From a virus (Duplodnaviria; Caudoviricetes), in IMG/VR virus record IMGVR_UViG_3300028833_000108, positions 35,697-99,696 of that record: DNA of 64,000 nucleotides, one strand, 5' to 3'. Of the stretch, positions 60,601 through 64,000 are shown piece by piece (position 1 is the stretch's first letter; every line of letters begins with the position of its first letter). The notes beneath the pieces were generated by a model. That model had not been told where the DNA came from. It searched no databases and saw only the letters and a program-made list of their open reading frames with translations. Position numbers and translations under genes: made by a program.

Positions 60601-61737
60601 AGAAAAGTTAAAAATTACGGCTCCATGATTCTGTTGAAGTGCCCTAACGTTGTGTTGGACCACGATGCGATTGTTCGAAAGAAGGATGCATTTGTGCAAA
60701 ACATGGACTTTGACATGTATGCCGCTGGAAAGATTACTCTAAGGGAATATGTGGACTTCTTGGATAAGAATGGATTTAGTGATTGCTACCATTATGCGAA
60801 CAATGGATTTGGTAAGGAATTCGTGCAGCTCTGTCAAATCAGCAAGACTGATATGAGGACTCCGCGTAATCTTTCGATGGCAGCTATGAAAACTCTCATT
60901 GAGAACTCAAAGCGTATTATCGACCAGTTCATTCATGAACATACGACGAACAATACGACCATTCGTAATGCTGATAATTATTCCAGAATTACATCGGCGT
61001 ATACTAATAAGGATGGCGCTATGACGGTAGAAACTGGGCATGGACAAGCCACATACCAATACACAATTCCTCGTGTTGACGATGAGAAACACACTATTGT
61101 ATGCTCATGTACTAAAAAAGTGCAATCGGGTGAGGGTCCTGCTCAGGTAGAGACGTATCAGGTGGATTGCTCACGTGATGCCATATACAAGGCTGGCTAT
61201 CAGTACATGTGTGATAACAATTTCACTTCAAATGCTGATGGGCTTGCTGTTATCAGGAAGGCAGTTTTTGGTAATGTCGATGGCTTGGGTAAGCATAACT
61301 ACGTTGCATCTGCTTTAAATGCAATGAAGGGCACTGAAATGAAGTCCAATGAACTTGACCCTGAAACTTCAGATAAATTGAACAAGATACTGAGCAAGCT
61401 GAATTTGGAAAAGAACGAAAAGGTGTATCGTCTTGATGAAACTACGAGTGAAGGTGAGCACATATGGTTCCTTGTCAAGGCCAAGCCTATTTACCTTAGC
61501 AAGCTTGACAGGGAGAAGTACAGGCTGAGAGGCATTACACCGTTGAATGTTTGCCACATCCTGAAGTACTTGCCCAAAAAGGATACCTTTGCTTGTGCAA
61601 GCAAATATGTTCCTAAGAACGTAAAGATGAAAGATAACCTACAGGCATCTTCAATCTACACGTCGGACTATGTGATTGCACGTCCTGTTGCCCTGCAAGA
61701 CTTCTACAAGATGGGTGTACCGAAAGAAGCTGTGTAG
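57697..61737 (+). CDS. Large 1346-aa late protein with the shared N-terminal leader and a central beta-helix-like region
   Basis: Leader MFSKKEVFEN...VLFEG. Strand-like repeats INQCTLSNVDISG, IEDCNIQHLNMS and ISSCTLKGATI. Confidence 0.6.
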   Translation: MFSKKEVFENYLGKLGLNKTAFEAVKDINGVLFEGLDDLLGDLENEVNQEDGDEEIAPVPEFTTPPEKKNEYDPIELEGKYKMPFGEAINLAMLWAKKQPRFSQFWDNDGGFKSPSYMLTSESGEQEFYSKDRVPYVVHTERDESVPKAEYETATNYVKMSSEVYDRVMKYYEEQGYDDLTEVPFDDIKHLVLGNAIHQTGTEAPNIGIECTVEIDPSVTLLTTQVENRDPKNGLLVIIPGEQQKLSEETGLPVDGLYTALLREWTDYSDQYYWDSQTGFIYDVTKKSDAHQMTREGTLTPSKIKKEHSLALGRKVIDWARTQDMFKLLLKPRGADTLIYTSSIHKVPNDGNIEGVGNAPYVYMDDENYESFVNSTNFDTERVKHFDANSLNQIVSKEYKDRSLTNTVGSNDYGYDDNGWVTSIACVLDDKSGVYTLANGVASQIIKAYGRKVEGYNNYIAGKNSITVGEHSFHPLVLLSTSRGGLYPRLVAFFDETCCKPGESIEQLVGAKGMRGGVPTIQGFATIMGGCKLASDGEVEINQCTLSNVDISGSTGRVRIGSRPSKKGASLLETRVEDTVIAVGNNGADQVLPNNRIYAEMNGGIRGVSIVKSFIVDAHISNGYAQIEDCNIQHLNMSNDGPKHLDGWNTEDASNVVFKGDNLITITGTANYLNGYNKSTIPGGRAVKDWKKGEVTTELTGEVTLDSTSGTVVCRGSKLHNVVANGPCGISSCTLKGATIGVNALGGNGNFEKTEMNCVNTTPAVDGAWGIQIEHGTDGNATVFGMGTDTTPGMIELSGRVYIEGGAKILHSLVASTEDGQTVYVRSNMTLNGCSPYTLNKKDSGILSKYLRSDTNLRGDCTDITKIANTLDFEFNAFGGENSLALYADFKAGKQDESMKKNLTLFDADTLIDDFLVDTSSILMDSSVLMGMDGDGNIIPNESLKRTIWDPIGGFFVGPVNEKIDARGRKVKNYGSMILLKCPNVVLDHDAIVRKKDAFVQNMDFDMYAAGKITLREYVDFLDKNGFSDCYHYANNGFGKEFVQLCQISKTDMRTPRNLSMAAMKTLIENSKRIIDQFIHEHTTNNTTIRNADNYSRITSAYTNKDGAMTVETGHGQATYQYTIPRVDDEKHTIVCSCTKKVQSGEGPAQVETYQVDCSRDAIYKAGYQYMCDNNFTSNADGLAVIRKAVFGNVDGLGKHNYVASALNAMKGTEMKSNELDPETSDKLNKILSKLNLEKNEKVYRLDETTSEGEHIWFLVKAKPIYLSKLDREKYRLRGITPLNVCHILKYLPKKDTFACASKYVPKNVKMKDNLQASSIYTSDYVIARPVALQDFYKMGVPKEAV

Positions 61738-61754
61738 GAATAGCGAATAAAAAT

Positions 61755-61789
61755 GCAATTCCCTCAACATTGTGTGAGGGAATTGCTTT
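61755..61789 (+). terminator. Hairpin / probable terminator
   Basis: GCAATTCCCTCA...TGAGGGAATTGC-TTT. Confidence 0.7.
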
Positions 61790-61832
61790 AAAATAATATA
61801 TATTAGATTATACTCGAAACAATGGTTGTTTT

Positions 61833-62627
61833 GTGGATTACTGTAAGATAACACCATGTATAAAGGCAGAACTTAACAAATCGGTTACAATGAGTCGGGA
61901 GGAGGAGCGTCGGCTGTTTGAGGAGTATGCTAACAGCACAGATGATACCCGAAAGAAGGAAATCTTTGACAAGATTATCATAGCTAACCTGAAATTTGCG
62001 TTCAAGATGGCCAGTGACAAGGCAAAGGAATGCGACAAGTCCATCGATGACTTGTTTTCAGAGGCTAAAATCGGTTTGATTGAAGCTTTTAACAAGTATG
62101 ACCCCCATGTGGGCACGAAATTCATCTCATTTGTCGTGTGGTATGTACGTCGTGCGTTGAATACATTCGTTTCAGACGACGACTTAATCAGAATTCCTAT
62201 CGCATTGAAGGCAAACGTATCCAAGAAGCGTCGCCTCAACGAGACGGAATACACGGAACGTGAAGGTCACGCCAAGGAAGTGATGGCTAACTTGAAGCAG
62301 TCAGTCAAGGGTTCCAAGGAAGATGACCAAGACGGCTTTACTAACGAGGCTCCAGATGTCAGCTCCGACGGAATCGCAGAGCTCGAACACGACAACATGA
62401 AGGATACTCTGTGGAAGATGCTGGAAAACAGCCTTGATAAAAATGAACTCTACATCATGAGGTACTCGTTCGGGTTGAAGGATGATGTCATCCTCCCAGC
62501 AGCCGATATTGCTGCAAACCTCAATATGAAGAAAACCGAGTTCCAGAAAATCAAGAAGGCGGCATACGAAAAGATAGCCAAAAACAAGGAATTTTATAGT
62601 CTTTTGAAAGAGACGGTAAATTCGTAA
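61833..62627 (+). CDS. RNA polymerase sigma70-family sigma factor (RpoD/RpoS/RpoH-like)
   Basis: Region 1.2 SREEERRL. Region 2 IIANLKFA...DLFSEAKIGLIEAFNKYDP..GTKFISFVVWYVR, LIRIP. Region 4 FGL...DIAANLNM. Confidence 0.9.
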   Translation: MDYCKITPCIKAELNKSVTMSREEERRLFEEYANSTDDTRKKEIFDKIIIANLKFAFKMASDKAKECDKSIDDLFSEAKIGLIEAFNKYDPHVGTKFISFVVWYVRRALNTFVSDDDLIRIPIALKANVSKKRRLNETEYTEREGHAKEVMANLKQSVKGSKEDDQDGFTNEAPDVSSDGIAELEHDNMKDTLWKMLENSLDKNELYIMRYSFGLKDDVILPAADIAANLNMKKTEFQKIKKAAYEKIAKNKEFYSLLKETVNS

Positions 62628-62668
62628 TGTTCAATTTTATAAAGAAGTTTTTTAATGGAGGCAAAAAT

Positions 62669-63508
62669 ATGGTAAACGACGAACCGTCAATCGCTATGTC
62701 AGGCCAGTCAGTTGGCGATGTTCCTAACGGTGAACCAACAATGTCGAACAGCGAAGCATCAAGACAAGTTCAGGAAATGGCAGAAATGGCCAACCATAAT
62801 GCTCTTGGTGTCATTCCCGGCCAGGTAAACCGCAAGCAGACGCAACGCCCAATGCCACGTCAGCAAGGCCCAGTGGCTCAGTACAACAATTATCAGCAGC
62901 CGCCTGTCAATCAGGTACAGCGCGTTGCCCCTGCACAGATGGTGGCACAGCCGTTGCCTCAACAGCCGCAACAGCCTGTTCAGCAGCCTCAGATGCAGCC
63001 ACAGTATTACCAGTATCCTCCGTATGCCCCGCAACCGCAGGTTCCTCCTCCTGGTTATTACTATCCGCAGCAACAGCCGATGCCTATGCAGCCTATGCAG
63101 CCGATGCAGCCAGTCCAGCAGGCTCCTCAGATGAGCGACGGTTTTGGAGCACCGTTCTCCGAAATGTATGTCACTAGCGACCAGGTGTACGAATGCTACA
63201 TTGACCTTCCTGGTGTCCCACAGAGCGACCTCAAGGTAAGGGTTGTACAGAACAGTCTGGAAGTTAGCGGTGTCCGTAAACTTCATTCGGACTCACCGTC
63301 TGCTGGAAAGAAGAACAAGAGAATCAAGGTACTTGCCGCACAGTCAAGCGTGCCTGCGTACCTGTTGAACCACTTCAAGTTCACGTTCCCGTTCGCAAAG
63401 CCTGTCGATGAGGACAATGTGAAGGCCGTCTTGGAAAATGGCCAGCTGCATGTCACCATCAACATCCTGTCTAGCGAAAAGGGTGTAAACGTGGCAGTTG
63501 GAATCTAG
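62669..63508 (+). CDS. Small heat-shock protein (Hsp20/alpha-crystallin) with a Q/P-rich N-terminus
   Basis: IDLPGV...LKVRV...LEVSGVR...F.FTFPF..PVDEDNVKAVLENGQLHVTI. GGAGG RBS before ATG 62669, alternative start at 62627. Confidence 0.88.
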   Translation: MVNDEPSIAMSGQSVGDVPNGEPTMSNSEASRQVQEMAEMANHNALGVIPGQVNRKQTQRPMPRQQGPVAQYNNYQQPPVNQVQRVAPAQMVAQPLPQQPQQPVQQPQMQPQYYQYPPYAPQPQVPPPGYYYPQQQPMPMQPMQPMQPVQQAPQMSDGFGAPFSEMYVTSDQVYECYIDLPGVPQSDLKVRVVQNSLEVSGVRKLHSDSPSAGKKNKRIKVLAAQSSVPAYLLNHFKFTFPFAKPVDEDNVKAVLENGQLHVTINILSSEKGVNVAVGI

Positions 63509-63517
63509 GAGGTTATC

Positions 63518-63865
63518 ATGAAGACCGTAGCAGAAATCATCAATGCGAACTATGTCCTTGTCCCGCTCATGAAAGGTACGGACATGGGCTACATGATTAC
63601 CGACCGTGGCGACATGAATGACTACGAGTGGAGAGTGTGGCGTCGGGCGACCGAAATCAGGACTGTAAAGCAGCTCCTGACAGCGGTTGCATCAAAGAAG
63701 ACACCTGCTGAAATCCGCCGTGGACTCATGAAGATTGTCGAATTCTTGAATGCGGAAGGGGTCGATGCAGCCCTTGTTGGAACGGTAGCGGCAAACGACC
63801 AGAGAGTCAAGGCGTACGAATCACAGTCGGAAACCTCGGCATCGTTCAATGATACCGAACTCTGA
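63518..63865 (+). CDS. Hypothetical protein
   Basis: 115-aa ORF with an AGGAGG RBS. Confidence 0.65.
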   Translation: MKTVAEIINANYVLVPLMKGTDMGYMITDRGDMNDYEWRVWRRATEIRTVKQLLTAVASKKTPAEIRRGLMKIVEFLNAEGVDAALVGTVAANDQRVKAYESQSETSASFNDTEL

Positions 63866-64000
63866 TTTTTTCTAAGGCTATGTCCACCCAAAGTGTTGCT
63901 GTCCGATAAAAACTCCAAAAAATGGCTAAAAACAGCATTTAACCCACAGACCCCATAAATTGCTATATTTGTATTGAAAAAATATAGTTTAATGGGTAGA

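Noticed and set aside
63984-63993. Minus-strand late promoter near the window end
   Set aside because: ATAGTTTAAT does not match TATAAACTA exactly, and no credible minus-strand gene follows.

Overview
The window is part of a large, divergent T4-like (myovirus, probably jumbo) phage genome in the standard genetic code, almost all on the + strand. Bases 1-12.1 kb hold a replication/recombination module: 5'-3' exonuclease/RNase H, UvsY, UvsX, gp41 helicase, gp32 SSB, two tandem clamp-like genes and gp61 primase, with sigma70-like promoters. Bases 12-62 kb are a late/structural region: a lysozyme+M15 peptidase, DnaJ, baseplate gp6/gp7/gp5-like genes, a tail fibre plus radical SAM gene, prohead protease gp21 and scaffold gp22, a collagen fibre and several very large unknown proteins. 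Nearly every late transcription unit is preceded by a conserved TATAAACTA motif. The window ends with a sigma70-family sigma factor and an Hsp20. The strongest novel signal is a ~35-aa N-terminal leader shared by three otherwise unrelated late proteins, ending at a candidate prohead-protease site, which suggests a capsid-targeting and injection system. Other notable points are a gp32 ending in a bacterial SSB-Ct-like tip, DnaN-like and gp45-like clamps side by side, and two degenerate glycosyltransferase-HTH fusions. All functional calls come from motif recognition by eye; no searches were run. No tRNA, rRNA, CRISPR array, integrase or transposase was recognised.
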